The position numbers and the translations under genes are program-made. DNA of 64,000 nucleotides from Patescibacteria group bacterium. Lineage in GTDB: Bacteria > Patescibacteriota > UBA1384 > XYA2-FULL-43-10 > 1-14-0-10-43-13. Within the stretch, counting starts at the first letter, position 1, and every line of letters begins with the position of its first letter. The notes below the pieces were generated by a model. That model made no database searches. It saw nothing but the letters and a program-made list of their open reading frames with translations, and was not told the origin of the DNA. Where the stretch lies: positions 479,234 to 543,233 of the forward strand of contig JBAZBD010000001.1 of assembly GCA_041671645.1 (NCBI GenBank), read 5' to 3'. This document shows, one piece after another, positions 16,765-26,165 of this stretch.

Positions 16765-18972
16765 ATGAATTTAGTCATCGTAGAGTCTCCAGCCAAAGCC
16801 AAGACAATCGAGAAATATTTGGGCAAGGATTACAAAGTCCTGGCCTCTTATGGTCATGTCCGTGATTTGCCAGAAAAATCTCTCGGAGTCGATGTGGCCA
16901 AGAATTACGAGCCAGAGTATGCGATATTGCCAAAAGCCAAGAAAGCGCTTGCGGCCTTAAAATCAGCTCTCAGCGGCGCCGACAAAGTCTATCTCGCAAC
17001 TGACTTGGACCGAGAAGGAGAAGCGATATCTTGGCATCTGACTTTTGCACTGGGCCTGAACAAGAAAAAAGACAAAATCAATCGAATTACTTTTCATGAA
17101 ATTACCAAATCTGCGATCGAAAAAGCGGTAGCGAATCCACGAGATCTCGATATTAATTTAGTAGATGCACAGCAAGCACGCCGAGTTCTTGACCGCTTGG
17201 TCGGTTATAAATTGAGCCCATTGCTCTGGAAAAAGGTAAAGAAGGGCCTGTCTGCTGGTCGTGTTCAATCGGTAGCGGTCCGTCTGGTAGTTGAGCGCGA
17301 AAAAGAAATCGAAGCGTTTAAGCCCGAAGAGTATTGGCTGCTCGGCGTTGACCTGTCCAAAAAAGATAAAAAGGAAACATTTTCCGCCTATCTCGTCGAG
17401 ATGGACAAGAAGGCTATTGGCAAAATGTCGATCAAGACAAAGGCAGAGGCGGACAAGATCGAAAAAGACTTGACCGATGCCGAATATGAGGTCATCGAAG
17501 TTAAACATGAGGACTCATATCGCAAGCCTGCCGCACCTTTCACTACCTCAACTCTTCAGATGGAAGCGGCCAGAAAACTCGGCTTCTCGCCAAAACAAAC
17601 GATGATGATGGCTCAAATGCTCTACGAAGATGGCCACATCACATATATGCGTACTGACTCGATGAATCTGTCTGCTGAATCAATCTCTGCAATTCAGAAA
17701 TTGATCGTCAAGGATTATGGCGAGAAGTATTTGGCTAAGGGCGGCAGAGTCTTCGCCACCAAGGCCAAACATGCTCAGGAGGCGCACGAAGCGATTCGCC
17801 CAACCCATTTTGAAAATTCCAACGTCAGCAATGATCGCAGAGCTCAGAAATTGTATGAATTGATTTGGAAGAGAACGGTTGCGACCCAAATGACAGACGC
17901 CCTCTTTGATGTGATCTCGGCCAGAATATCGGCAGTATCAAACAAATATATTTTTCAGACCAAAGGTGAAATTATCAAATTTGACGGCTTCATGACCGTA
18001 TATCTTGAGGGCAAAGACGAAGAAACCGAGGAAGCAATTAGCAAAATCCCAGCTCTTGTCATGGGCGAGATGCTGAAATTTATCCAGATGATCAAGGATC
18101 AGAAATTTACTGAGCCGCCAAAACGTTACACTGAGGCAATGCTAGTCAAGAAGCTTGAGAGTTTGGGCATCGGCCGACCTTCTACCTATGCGCCAACACT
18201 TGAAACGATCAAGAATCGCGGTTACGTCGAGCTGCTCGAAAAGAAATTTTCGCCGACCGAGATTGGCACGATTGTTTCGGATCTGCTGGTCAAGCATTTC
18301 GCTGAGATAGTGGACTACAAATTTACGGCTGATATGGAAGACGAATTCGATGAAATTGCCGAGGGGAAGCTTGAATGGCATAAGGTGATCGATGATTTCT
18401 ACAAGCCATTTGCCGCTAATCTTACGGTGAAGAACAAGGAACTAGAGAAAAGCGAGATCATGCCGGTCGAAGAAACCGGGGAGAAATGTCCCGAATGTGG
18501 CGCACCGCTCGTGATCCGTCACGGCCGGTTTGGCAAATTTGTCGCTTGTTCTGGCTATCCAAAGTGCAAATATTCCAAGCCCCTTGAAACCAAAGCAGAG
18601 AATAAAAATTTGCAAGTTGTCGGTAGCGACGGTGATGTCGAAAGTGTGAAAGAGGCGGAGGAACAGAAATGCGAGAAGTGTGGCGGCAAGATGATTATGA
18701 AAGAGGGAAGATTCGGCAAATTCTTGGCCTGCGAAAATTATCCAAAATGCAAAAATACCTTGGCAGTCGTCGGTAAGACCGGGGTCAAATGCCCTGAATG
18801 CGAAAAGGGCGAACTGATCGCGCGAACAACCAAGAAAAGGCGAACCTTCTGGGGTTGCTCCAAATATCCAGATTGCAAATATGCGACTTGGGACAATCCA
18901 ACTCAGCCAAAGGAAGAAAAAGTCAAAAAAGAATCAGAAACGACAGAAACCGTAATTGAGGGAGCTGAATAA
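16765..18972 (+). CDS. topA: DNA topoisomerase I
   Basis: TOPRIM N-terminus (LVIVESPAKAKTI), the catalytic Tyr region, and three C-terminal C4 zinc ribbons (CPECG…CSGYPKC). Confidence 0.95.
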   Translation: MNLVIVESPAKAKTIEKYLGKDYKVLASYGHVRDLPEKSLGVDVAKNYEPEYAILPKAKKALAALKSALSGADKVYLATDLDREGEAISWHLTFALGLNKKKDKINRITFHEITKSAIEKAVANPRDLDINLVDAQQARRVLDRLVGYKLSPLLWKKVKKGLSAGRVQSVAVRLVVEREKEIEAFKPEEYWLLGVDLSKKDKKETFSAYLVEMDKKAIGKMSIKTKAEADKIEKDLTDAEYEVIEVKHEDSYRKPAAPFTTSTLQMEAARKLGFSPKQTMMMAQMLYEDGHITYMRTDSMNLSAESISAIQKLIVKDYGEKYLAKGGRVFATKAKHAQEAHEAIRPTHFENSNVSNDRRAQKLYELIWKRTVATQMTDALFDVISARISAVSNKYIFQTKGEIIKFDGFMTVYLEGKDEETEEAISKIPALVMGEMLKFIQMIKDQKFTEPPKRYTEAMLVKKLESLGIGRPSTYAPTLETIKNRGYVELLEKKFSPTEIGTIVSDLLVKHFAEIVDYKFTADMEDEFDEIAEGKLEWHKVIDDFYKPFAANLTVKNKELEKSEIMPVEETGEKCPECGAPLVIRHGRFGKFVACSGYPKCKYSKPLETKAENKNLQVVGSDGDVESVKEAEEQKCEKCGGKMIMKEGRFGKFLACENYPKCKNTLAVVGKTGVKCPECEKGELIARTTKKRRTFWGCSKYPDCKYATWDNPTQPKEEKVKKESETTETVIEGAE

Positions 18973-18982
18973 TTTTTGGCAC

Positions 18983-19594
18983 ATGATTACACCAGAGCAA
19001 AAAATAGTCGCTTTGCAAAAGGCGAAAGAGTGGATAGTGAAAATCGACGACCCAATGCACAGTGTGCCGCACATGGAGCAGACCTTTGCTTATGCGATGG
19101 ATCTTGCAGTTTCTTACCCTGAAGCAGATCGTGATATCTTGGAAATTGCCGTTTGGTGGCATGATGTCGGCCGAGTCTTTCTCGATGACGGCCATGCCCA
19201 AAAGAGTGCGGAAATGGCAGGGGAGTCCCTTGGGAGTATTGGAATAGATCCAGGTGATGTAGCCAAAATCTGCGCCATGATTGAGAGCCATAGCAACTCG
19301 AGCACGACGAAGCCAGCCTCGCTGGAAGCTATCATTCTGAAAGATGCAGACAAGCTCGATTTCCTGACCGTATCGCGTTGGCAGATTGGGATTGGGGATG
19401 AGAGATCAAAGGAAATAAATATTGGAATTAGCAAAATCCCAGCCATCGGCAGAGAAATCTTAAAGTTGCCTGAGTCGAAAATCATGTACGAGAAACTATT
19501 TGTGCAATTGGTAAAATATTTGAAGACCGCAGATAATGCTTTTATCAATAATCTTAAACCTAGAATCAGGGAAGAATGGAAAGTTGAAGTTTAA
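18983..19594 (+). CDS. HD-domain phosphohydrolase
   Basis: H…WWHDVGR…KDADKLD signature of the HD superfamily. The ATG at 18983 follows the topA stop. Confidence 0.7.
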   Translation: MITPEQKIVALQKAKEWIVKIDDPMHSVPHMEQTFAYAMDLAVSYPEADRDILEIAVWWHDVGRVFLDDGHAQKSAEMAGESLGSIGIDPGDVAKICAMIESHSNSSTTKPASLEAIILKDADKLDFLTVSRWQIGIGDERSKEINIGISKIPAIGREILKLPESKIMYEKLFVQLVKYLKTADNAFINNLKPRIREEWKVEV

Positions 19595-19596
19595 CT

Positions 19597-20199
19597 ATGT
19601 TGCCAAAATCTGTTCAAAATTTAATTGATGAATTTAGCAAATTGCCCGGCGTAGGCCCGAAAACGGCGGCGCGACTGGCCTTTTATTTGTTGACCAAGCC
19701 AAAGTCGGATATCGAAAATCTTGGTTCCTCTGTTCTCGGCCTGGCCAATAATCTTCAATATTGCAAAGAGTGTTTCAACATCGCGGAGGAAGAAATTTGC
19801 CTGATTTGCGACAACGACCGACGAAACAAGAATATTATCATGGTGGTCGAAGAGCCGCTAGATGTGATAGCGCTAGAGAAATCTCTTCCCTTTGAGGGTG
19901 TTTATCATGTTTTGGGCGGCGTGGTCTCGCCGATCAACGGAGTTGGTCCAGATGACTTGAGAATCGCTCAGCTGATCGAACGTATCAAAAACGGAGCGGT
20001 CGAAGAGATTGTATTGGCTACGAATCCAAATCTCGAAGGAGAAGCGACAGCGGCCTATATTAAGGACAGAATCAATCAGTTAAATTTAGACAACCTTAGA
20101 ATCACCCGCATTGCTCGTGGCCTGCCAGTGGGAGGAGATCTAGAGTACGCAGACGAAGTCACCTTGAAGCGATCAATCGAAGGCAGACGAGACTACTAA
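19597..20199 (+). CDS. recR: Recombination protein RecR
   Basis: HhH N-terminus (LPGVGPKTAARLAF), C4 zinc finger (CKEC…CLIC), TOPRIM domain. Confidence 0.95.
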   Translation: MLPKSVQNLIDEFSKLPGVGPKTAARLAFYLLTKPKSDIENLGSSVLGLANNLQYCKECFNIAEEEICLICDNDRRNKNIIMVVEEPLDVIALEKSLPFEGVYHVLGGVVSPINGVGPDDLRIAQLIERIKNGAVEEIVLATNPNLEGEATAAYIKDRINQLNLDNLRITRIARGLPVGGDLEYADEVTLKRSIEGRRDY

Positions 20200-20209
20200 C
20201 CGCTCTTCG

Positions 20210-20345
20210 AGCGAAATTATTAATTTCTAATTTCTAATTGATCTAAATAAATCCTAAATCCAAATTTCTAAACTTAAATAGATTCTAATGTTAAAAACTA
20301 AGAATTATAAAATTAGTATTTGATTAGAAATTAGTAATTAGGAAT
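20210..20345. repeat. AT-rich dyad repeat region (TCTAA units followed by TTAGA units)
   Basis: taatttctaatttctaattgatctaa…tcctaa…tttctaa…ttctaa, then …gattagaaattagtaattaggaattagaaatt. Overall this is an imperfect inverted repeat about 130 bp across. Confidence 0.7.
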
Positions 20346-20445
20346 TAGAAATTCTCTATGGTGGATAACTATTATTGACTTTTCTTCCAGCCCATAGCTA
20401 CAATCCATCTCAGGTATCAGAAAATTAAAACAAAAAAGAGGGAGC

Positions 20446-20673
20446 ATGAGGAAGGAAAGCACCTATTATTGTCCAAATTATTGTGGGATAGAGAGGAACG
20501 AAGCAATCACGTGCCCAGAGTGCGGGATTCCGCTCATGGCTATCGACGAGATCGAAAAAGATACTGAGGACGACGAATTTTCTCCAAAAACACAGGGTAT
20601 GAGTGAACTAGACGAAGATCCGACTATTGCAACTTGGGGAGATGAAAGCGAAGAAGGGTTCAGCGCAATCTAA
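20446..20673 (+). CDS. Small zinc-ribbon protein with acidic C-terminal tail
   Basis: CPNYC…CPEC four-cysteine ribbon followed by a D/E-rich tail. Promoter-like TTGACT-18-TACAAT at 20378-20407. RBS AAGAGGGAG. Confidence 0.55.
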   Translation: MRKESTYYCPNYCGIERNEAITCPECGIPLMAIDEIEKDTEDDEFSPKTQGMSELDEDPTIATWGDESEEGFSAI

Positions 20674-20688
20674 AATATACAAAGACTA

Positions 20689-20713
20689 GCCTCCGGAGAC
20701 GGAGGCTTTTGTT
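20689..20713 (+). terminator. Rho-independent terminator
   Basis: GCCTCCG-GAGA-CGGAGGC followed by TTTTGTT. Confidence 0.85.
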
Positions 20714-20779
20714 ATTGATAAGAGGGGAAATTGTGCTATCTTTAATAGTAGGAAACAGAAATCATAGAAAGGCTACATT

Positions 20780-22132
20780 ATGAAGCTATTTAATACACTT
20801 TCAAGCAAGAGTGAAGAGTTCAAACCGATCGATCCAGAAAAGGTGACACTCTACACCTGTGGGCCGACCGTATACGATGTGGCTCATATTGGCAATTTGC
20901 GTGCTCTATTGACCTATGACCTCTTGAAGCGGGCTTTGGCCGCAGAGGGCTACAATGTAGTACACGCGATGAACTTGACCGACATTGATGACAAGACAAT
21001 CAAGCGATCGGAGGGCGAGAAAGAGGCCTTCTCGAAGCTAATAAAGCTATATGAAGACCGAGTCTGGCAAGACGAAAAAGAGCTAAATATCATAAAGCCA
21101 AGTATCGTGACTAGGGCGACTGAGTATATAGACAAGATGGTAGTCTTTGTCGAGTCTTTAATTTCGAATGGTTATGCCTACAAGGCTGATGATGGCTCTG
21201 TCTATTTTTCAATTGATAAATTCAAAAACTATGGTCAATTGTCAAAGCTGGACAAAGAGGGAATCAAAAGTGGTGCTCGGGTAGCGCAGGATGATTACGA
21301 CAAGGAAAATCCGGCTGACTTCGTGCTTTGGAAGGCTTGGAGCGAGAAGGACGGCGAAATATTTTGGGAAACAAGTCTCGGCAAAGGTCGCCCAGGTTGG
21401 CACCTGGAGTGCTCGGTCATGGCAGGGGACGTATTGGGCAACACAATAGATATCCACGCTGGCGGAGTTGATTTGATCTTTCCTCATCATGAAAATGAAA
21501 TTGCGCAGTCGGAGGCCAAGACAGGCAAGAAGTTCGTCAATTTCTGGGTTCACAACGAGCATCTGATGGTCGACGGCAGGAAGATGAGCAAGAGCTTGAA
21601 TAATTTCTATACGCTAGACAATATTGTGGCAAAAGGTTTTTCCCCGTTAGATTTCCGTTATTTTGTGCTTGCCGCTCACTATCGTTCCAAATTGAATTTC
21701 ACCTGGGAAGGTTTGGAAGCGGCAAAAAACGCGAGAGAGCGATTGAATAGAGTTGCTTCGCAAATCAGTGGCGGAGAGGCGGAGGGGCAGAGAGACAAAA
21801 AATACCTAGATCGATTTAACGAAAAAATCTCTAACGATTTAAATACCCCAGAAGCGCTTGCAATTCTTTGGGAGCTGATGCGAGACGAAAATGTTTCTCA
21901 AGCAGACAAAAACGCAACAATCGCCGAAATGGACAAGGTTTTCGGTCTTGGCCTATTAGAAAATCAAACTTTCGAAATACCAGCAGAGGTGATTAAGATT
22001 GCCGAGGAACGAAAGACGGCACGTGAAGCCAAGGATTTCGCCAAATCAGATGAGCTAAGGGATCAAATTATCGAGGCAGGCTGGCAGATCGAAGATTTCC
22101 CAAATAATGAATATAAGATTATAAAAAAGTAA
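20780..22132 (+). CDS. cysS: Cysteinyl-tRNA synthetase
   Basis: CGPTVYDVAHIGN (HIGH motif), zinc-binding residues, KMSKSLNN. Confidence 0.95.
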   Translation: MKLFNTLSSKSEEFKPIDPEKVTLYTCGPTVYDVAHIGNLRALLTYDLLKRALAAEGYNVVHAMNLTDIDDKTIKRSEGEKEAFSKLIKLYEDRVWQDEKELNIIKPSIVTRATEYIDKMVVFVESLISNGYAYKADDGSVYFSIDKFKNYGQLSKLDKEGIKSGARVAQDDYDKENPADFVLWKAWSEKDGEIFWETSLGKGRPGWHLECSVMAGDVLGNTIDIHAGGVDLIFPHHENEIAQSEAKTGKKFVNFWVHNEHLMVDGRKMSKSLNNFYTLDNIVAKGFSPLDFRYFVLAAHYRSKLNFTWEGLEAAKNARERLNRVASQISGGEAEGQRDKKYLDRFNEKISNDLNTPEALAILWELMRDENVSQADKNATIAEMDKVFGLGLLENQTFEIPAEVIKIAEERKTAREAKDFAKSDELRDQIIEAGWQIEDFPNNEYKIIKK

Positions 22133-22136
22133 TGAC

Positions 22137-22310
22137 CCCATGGATTTAATATCCTTACCATGGGGCCAGGCTCTTTCACTTCGCCATTGAAGGCACTCAG
22201 GCTTCTGAACAACGGCCGTGGCCGAACCATCTGTCTATCTCGTAGACGATTGGCGCTGAGGGTGAATAGCCGCACGACGCGGGTCAATCCTGCCGACGAA
22301 GTGAGCAAAC
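22137..22310 (+). ncRNA. Candidate structured RNA / cis-regulatory element (GC-rich, long-range closing helix)
   Basis: Local GC ~57% against ~43% nearby. 8-bp hairpin CCCCATGG…CCATGGGG at 22137-22166. Closing helix TCACTTCG (22175-22182) pairs with CGAAGTGA (22296-22303), enclosing nested hairpins such as GGCC-GT-GGCC. No ORF with an RBS. Confidence 0.4.
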
Positions 22311-22329
22311 TATAGCACAAAAATACACG

Positions 22330-23334
22330 ATGCAAAATATTTGGCAAAAATTGGATAAGCCGATCAAAATATTGGCGCCGATGGCGGGATATACTGATTC
22401 GGCCTTTCGCCAGCTCTGTCGTGAGCTGGGCGCTGATTTGGTAATGACGGAATTGATTTCGGCCGATGCTATTTTCCACACAGCCAAACACTGGTTCAAG
22501 GATGAAAAAGGCGAGTGGCAATCAACTAAGGGCAAAGATGAAACTTTGCAGATGCTGAAATTCGCCCAAGAAGAGAGACCGATCATCATCCAGCTTTTTG
22601 GTAAATTCCCAGAGAAGTTTGCCTTTGCCGCCAAGTGGATTAGCGAAAACCTCAAGCCTGATGGGATTGATATTAATATGGGTTGCCCAGCGCGCAAAGT
22701 TGTCGGCAGCGACCATGGCGCTGCATTGCTCAAAAATCCAACCTTGGCTTGTGAAATTGTCCGAGCGGTCAAGGAAAATACTGACCTGCCGGTATCGGTC
22801 AAGACTAGACTTGGCTGGGGCGATGACGATCAAATACTCGAATTCGCGCCGGAATTGGTCAAGGCTGGAATTAGCGCCATCATGATCCACGGCCGCACGT
22901 ACAAAGACGGATTCAAGGGCAGGGCCAGATGGGATAATATTTTTGAGGTCAAGAAAATAGTGGGCGATAAATGCGTTGTCATTGGGAACGGAGACCTTGA
23001 TTCAATGTCGAGATCCCGTATCTCAAGCTTACAGTACGGGATGACAGACGGCGTTATTTTGGACGGATATTCTATCGGCCGTGCGGCGATAGGGAAGCCT
23101 TGGATTTTTTCTAACGACGAAATTACGCCAGAAATGTTGAAAAAGATAGCTCTCAGACACGCTAAATTGTCATTTGAGCGAAAAGGTGAGCACGGAATAG
23201 TCGAATTTCGTAAGCACTTATTGTTCTATTTGAAGGGTTTTCCAGGCGCAAAGGACTTGCGGAAGGAGGCAGTATCGATCGAATCCTATGACGATGTAGC
23301 GAAACTTTTGTCCAATTTGAGTGTAAACACTTGA
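22330..23334 (+). CDS. dus: tRNA-dihydrouridine synthase
   Basis: TIM-barrel FMN enzyme: LAPMAGYTD, DINMGCPARKV, KTRLGW. Confidence 0.9.
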   Translation: MQNIWQKLDKPIKILAPMAGYTDSAFRQLCRELGADLVMTELISADAIFHTAKHWFKDEKGEWQSTKGKDETLQMLKFAQEERPIIIQLFGKFPEKFAFAAKWISENLKPDGIDINMGCPARKVVGSDHGAALLKNPTLACEIVRAVKENTDLPVSVKTRLGWGDDDQILEFAPELVKAGISAIMIHGRTYKDGFKGRARWDNIFEVKKIVGDKCVVIGNGDLDSMSRSRISSLQYGMTDGVILDGYSIGRAAIGKPWIFSNDEITPEMLKKIALRHAKLSFERKGEHGIVEFRKHLLFYLKGFPGAKDLRKEAVSIESYDDVAKLLSNLSVNT

Positions 23335-23394
23335 CAAAATTATCCAGTAGTGGTAAAGTGGACAATGTTAAGGCCAATAACACTGGTCTAGCAA

Positions 23395-23440
23395 GCAAGG
23401 AAGGGCACGGACTTGGAGTCCAAATCTTTCCTTGTTTTTT
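23395..23440 (+). terminator. Rho-independent terminator after dus
   Basis: CAAGGAA…(inner GGACT-TGG-AGTCC)…TTCCTTG followed by TTTTTTG. Confidence 0.7.
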
Positions 23441-23781
23441 GTTTCTGGAGATTCGACTGGGATTTGGGGACATTAGAACGCAGATATATAAGTTAATAAG
23501 CATTTGTGGGTCCTTTAAAACACATGGACCTAGCTCAATTAGCTTCTGACGTTCTCGCCCTCTTCCTGGTTGGATCTTCCGACGCAAGACAACTTACGAA
23601 ATTTCGGAGCAAGATAGCTTGCAGAGAAAAGGAGTATGGTGTTACAAAATCTGGAACACAAACGATTGTAATAAACCAGTCACCCCTTGGATGGCGATAT
23701 TGTGCTGTAAAGCATTTATTGCACGCCAAGGAAATGAAACTTGTCTGCAGTACACCACAATCTATCCTAGGAGGTAGAAAT

Positions 23782-25140
23782 ATGAAGAAGCTGGTTAACT
23801 ATAGCTTCATCCTCGTGCTGGCCATAGTAGCCAGCCTGTGCTTTTTGACAACTTCGGCTCAGGCCGCGGCTGTCACTGCTGTTTCGGTTGGAATCACTCC
23901 ACCGGTTTATCAGCAAACTGAGACGAAGACCGTTCCGGTCGGCAATACTCAGGTGGACCTGTTCGATACCAATATTGGTGGGATAAAGATATTCCGTCAA
24001 TCCGTTAATCGTTCGGGCAATTCAATAGGTTGTTTATATAACGACCAGGGCGTTTTCTTACGGTTAATTGGTAATTGCGTTACCAGCGATGGCAAGGCAA
24101 TAACCAAATTAGTTGCTGTGAGGGGTGACAATCCTGTGCCGAAATTTACGAAAGTAGAGGGCATCTGGACTTATCCGCATAGCGATCAAATTACCGAACT
24201 GACATCAAGGGACGGCTCACGGCTGTCATGCGACGTGCCAATCGATGGGCTCAAACCCGGTAGCCACCAGATCACTCTTTACGCATTTTGCGAAAAGGGT
24301 ATCAGAAAGGTGAGGACGTTTGATACTAGTGCAATAGTCTTCGGGCTGTTGCCGTTCTTACCAAAAATTAATAATGTGAGCTATGAGAACTCAACCGACT
24401 TGGTCGACATTATTCAATTTACAATTGTTGATAATCTGGCTGTATCTGCGACATCCCCGACCCCACCTACGGACATTCCAATGACAAGTCGTATGACTTA
24501 TCAAACGGAACTGCCAAAGGCTCCGACAATAATTTACGTTCCAACGCCCCAACAGGCGCCGGAAAGAATTATTACGGAAGTCCCGGTTCAACCCCCAACG
24601 ATCCAAGCGACCCCGACTCCAGCGGTATCAAACCCGCCTGCAGTTCCGGTCGTGAAGATCGAAGAAACATTGGCCGCTTTAGTCGCCAACGACAACAAAA
24701 TCGCCGAAGTGGTGAACAACCACGAAGCAAGAATTGTTCGTTTGGAAACGGCGTACACGGCTCCACCAACCCCAACCAGTTACAGTTTCTCGGTAGCGTT
24801 TGCACGCAATTACCGAGGCCCGTCCATCGTTGAAACGACAGAGGGACTTGATATCGTAAATGATATCACGCTCAACTGTTTATCGAATGATGGAACCTGG
24901 CAAGCCAGAGTGATCTGGGCACCGGTCAACGAGCAATACAGAAATGTATTTCTCTTGCCGGGCTACGAGCAGTTTAAGAAACGAATCGGTGTTGCTCGTT
25001 ATAGCAACATTAAAGATTCGTTTAGAGTCGGATATCGTGTGAATAATTCCTCACCTTGGAATTATGCAACGATTCAACCGACTGCCATTGTCCAGGGTAA
25101 AATCCTGGTTGTCCCAGTCGATCAAGGAGGCACCCTATGA
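23782..25140 (+). CDS. Secreted protein of unknown function
   Basis: Signal peptide MKKLVNYSFILVLAIVASLCFLTTSAQAAAV. AGGAGG RBS 7 nt upstream. The track ORF 23506 has a spurious 92-aa N-terminal extension. Confidence 0.65.
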   Translation: MKKLVNYSFILVLAIVASLCFLTTSAQAAAVTAVSVGITPPVYQQTETKTVPVGNTQVDLFDTNIGGIKIFRQSVNRSGNSIGCLYNDQGVFLRLIGNCVTSDGKAITKLVAVRGDNPVPKFTKVEGIWTYPHSDQITELTSRDGSRLSCDVPIDGLKPGSHQITLYAFCEKGIRKVRTFDTSAIVFGLLPFLPKINNVSYENSTDLVDIIQFTIVDNLAVSATSPTPPTDIPMTSRMTYQTELPKAPTIIYVPTPQQAPERIITEVPVQPPTIQATPTPAVSNPPAVPVVKIEETLAALVANDNKIAEVVNNHEARIVRLETAYTAPPTPTSYSFSVAFARNYRGPSIVETTEGLDIVNDITLNCLSNDGTWQARVIWAPVNEQYRNVFLLPGYEQFKKRIGVARYSNIKDSFRVGYRVNNSSPWNYATIQPTAIVQGKILVVPVDQGGTL

Positions 25141-26063
25141 TCCGATTATTTCTTATTCTCGGAGCCGTGGTGCTCCTCACTTTCTCGGGTCTTTCACAAG
25201 ATCCCGGGAACTCGACAGTCCCCGATGGTCAAACCTTGACCTCTCAGTTTCGTCCAACTGTCAAAACTCCGGTCCAGCGGGTCGCCCAAAAGCGCCCTCT
25301 GACAGCCGCAGATTTGGCGGGCATAGAAAGCTACAGGGCTTATTGGCAGAAACGGGGTCTTTCAATGACTCCTTCCGTCAAGAGCGCTTTAGAATATATG
25401 CTTCAGATGGATATAATTCATCTGCCAATATATTTGCAGCGAACACCACAAGAGTATGACTTTGAGGCGCAGAGCATCGAGAAGATGCTGAATCGGGTCG
25501 ATTGGTACGTTAACGTTCCAGTTTCCCAAACGCCTGCCCCCATTGTCATCCGCGAACAGGCGTCGTTGCCATCACTTCCGGCTTTAAAACCGGTCGAGAT
25601 CGTAAAATTGGCGTCTGTGCCAATGCCGACTCCCGTTGTCACCGCACCTGTTCAGGTTGTTCAACAAGTTCCAGTTGTGAAGGAAATCGTGACTAATTAT
25701 TATACGACGACCACAAACAACACGGAAACTTACGTTCAACAGCCGGCGGGCTATCAAGCTCGCTTCCCATACCAACAACAGGGCCCATCGTTCCAGGGCT
25801 CGCTATATGTCGGCTGGACTCGCCAGCAGATACCAGCGACAACCCCAACGACTCCCCCAACGGGTCCTTGCGACCCACTTGGTGGACCAAATACCGAACC
25901 CCCGCCTGGGGCAACAAATGCTCCTATCGGACCGGTATCTGGTCCAACAATAGTCTGTCCGCTTCCCCCCGGGCAGGGTATTCCATCAAATGTTCCCCAA
26001 ACGCAGCCTGGATTTATTCCAGGTGGCGTAGGGGCAGGGGGATCCCCTTCAACCACACCTTAG
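25137..26063 (+). CDS. Secreted proline/threonine-rich protein of unknown function
   Basis: N-terminal signal/TM (LFLILGAVVLLTFSGLSQ). C-terminal TTPTTPPTGP…PPGATNAPIGP low-complexity region. ATGA overlap with the upstream gene. Confidence 0.55.
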   Translation: MIRLFLILGAVVLLTFSGLSQDPGNSTVPDGQTLTSQFRPTVKTPVQRVAQKRPLTAADLAGIESYRAYWQKRGLSMTPSVKSALEYMLQMDIIHLPIYLQRTPQEYDFEAQSIEKMLNRVDWYVNVPVSQTPAPIVIREQASLPSLPALKPVEIVKLASVPMPTPVVTAPVQVVQQVPVVKEIVTNYYTTTTNNTETYVQQPAGYQARFPYQQQGPSFQGSLYVGWTRQQIPATTPTTPPTGPCDPLGGPNTEPPPGATNAPIGPVSGPTIVCPLPPGQGIPSNVPQTQPGFIPGGVGAGGSPSTTP

Positions 26064-26165
26064 TGGTTGAGTGCCTCCCAGATCGCAAATGCATCTGGGA
26101 TCACTCTAAAGAACAGAAAAAAATTTATTAATAAGTTTCTGCTCTTTAGAAGTGAAAGGAAGAAA

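Noticed and set aside
22063-22802. Minus-strand ORFs 22063..22521 and 22284..22802 overlapping cysS 3' end, the GC-rich element and dus
   Set aside because: They are antisense to well-supported genes (cysS, dus), have no RBS, and their translations are low-complexity. They are better explained by GC-rich sequence.
23506-23781. 92-aa N-terminal extension of track ORF 23506..25140
   Set aside because: The strong AGGAGG RBS and the signal-peptide start at 23782. The upstream region contains a terminator (23395-23440) and hairpins, and the extension is just read-through of an intergenic region without stops.
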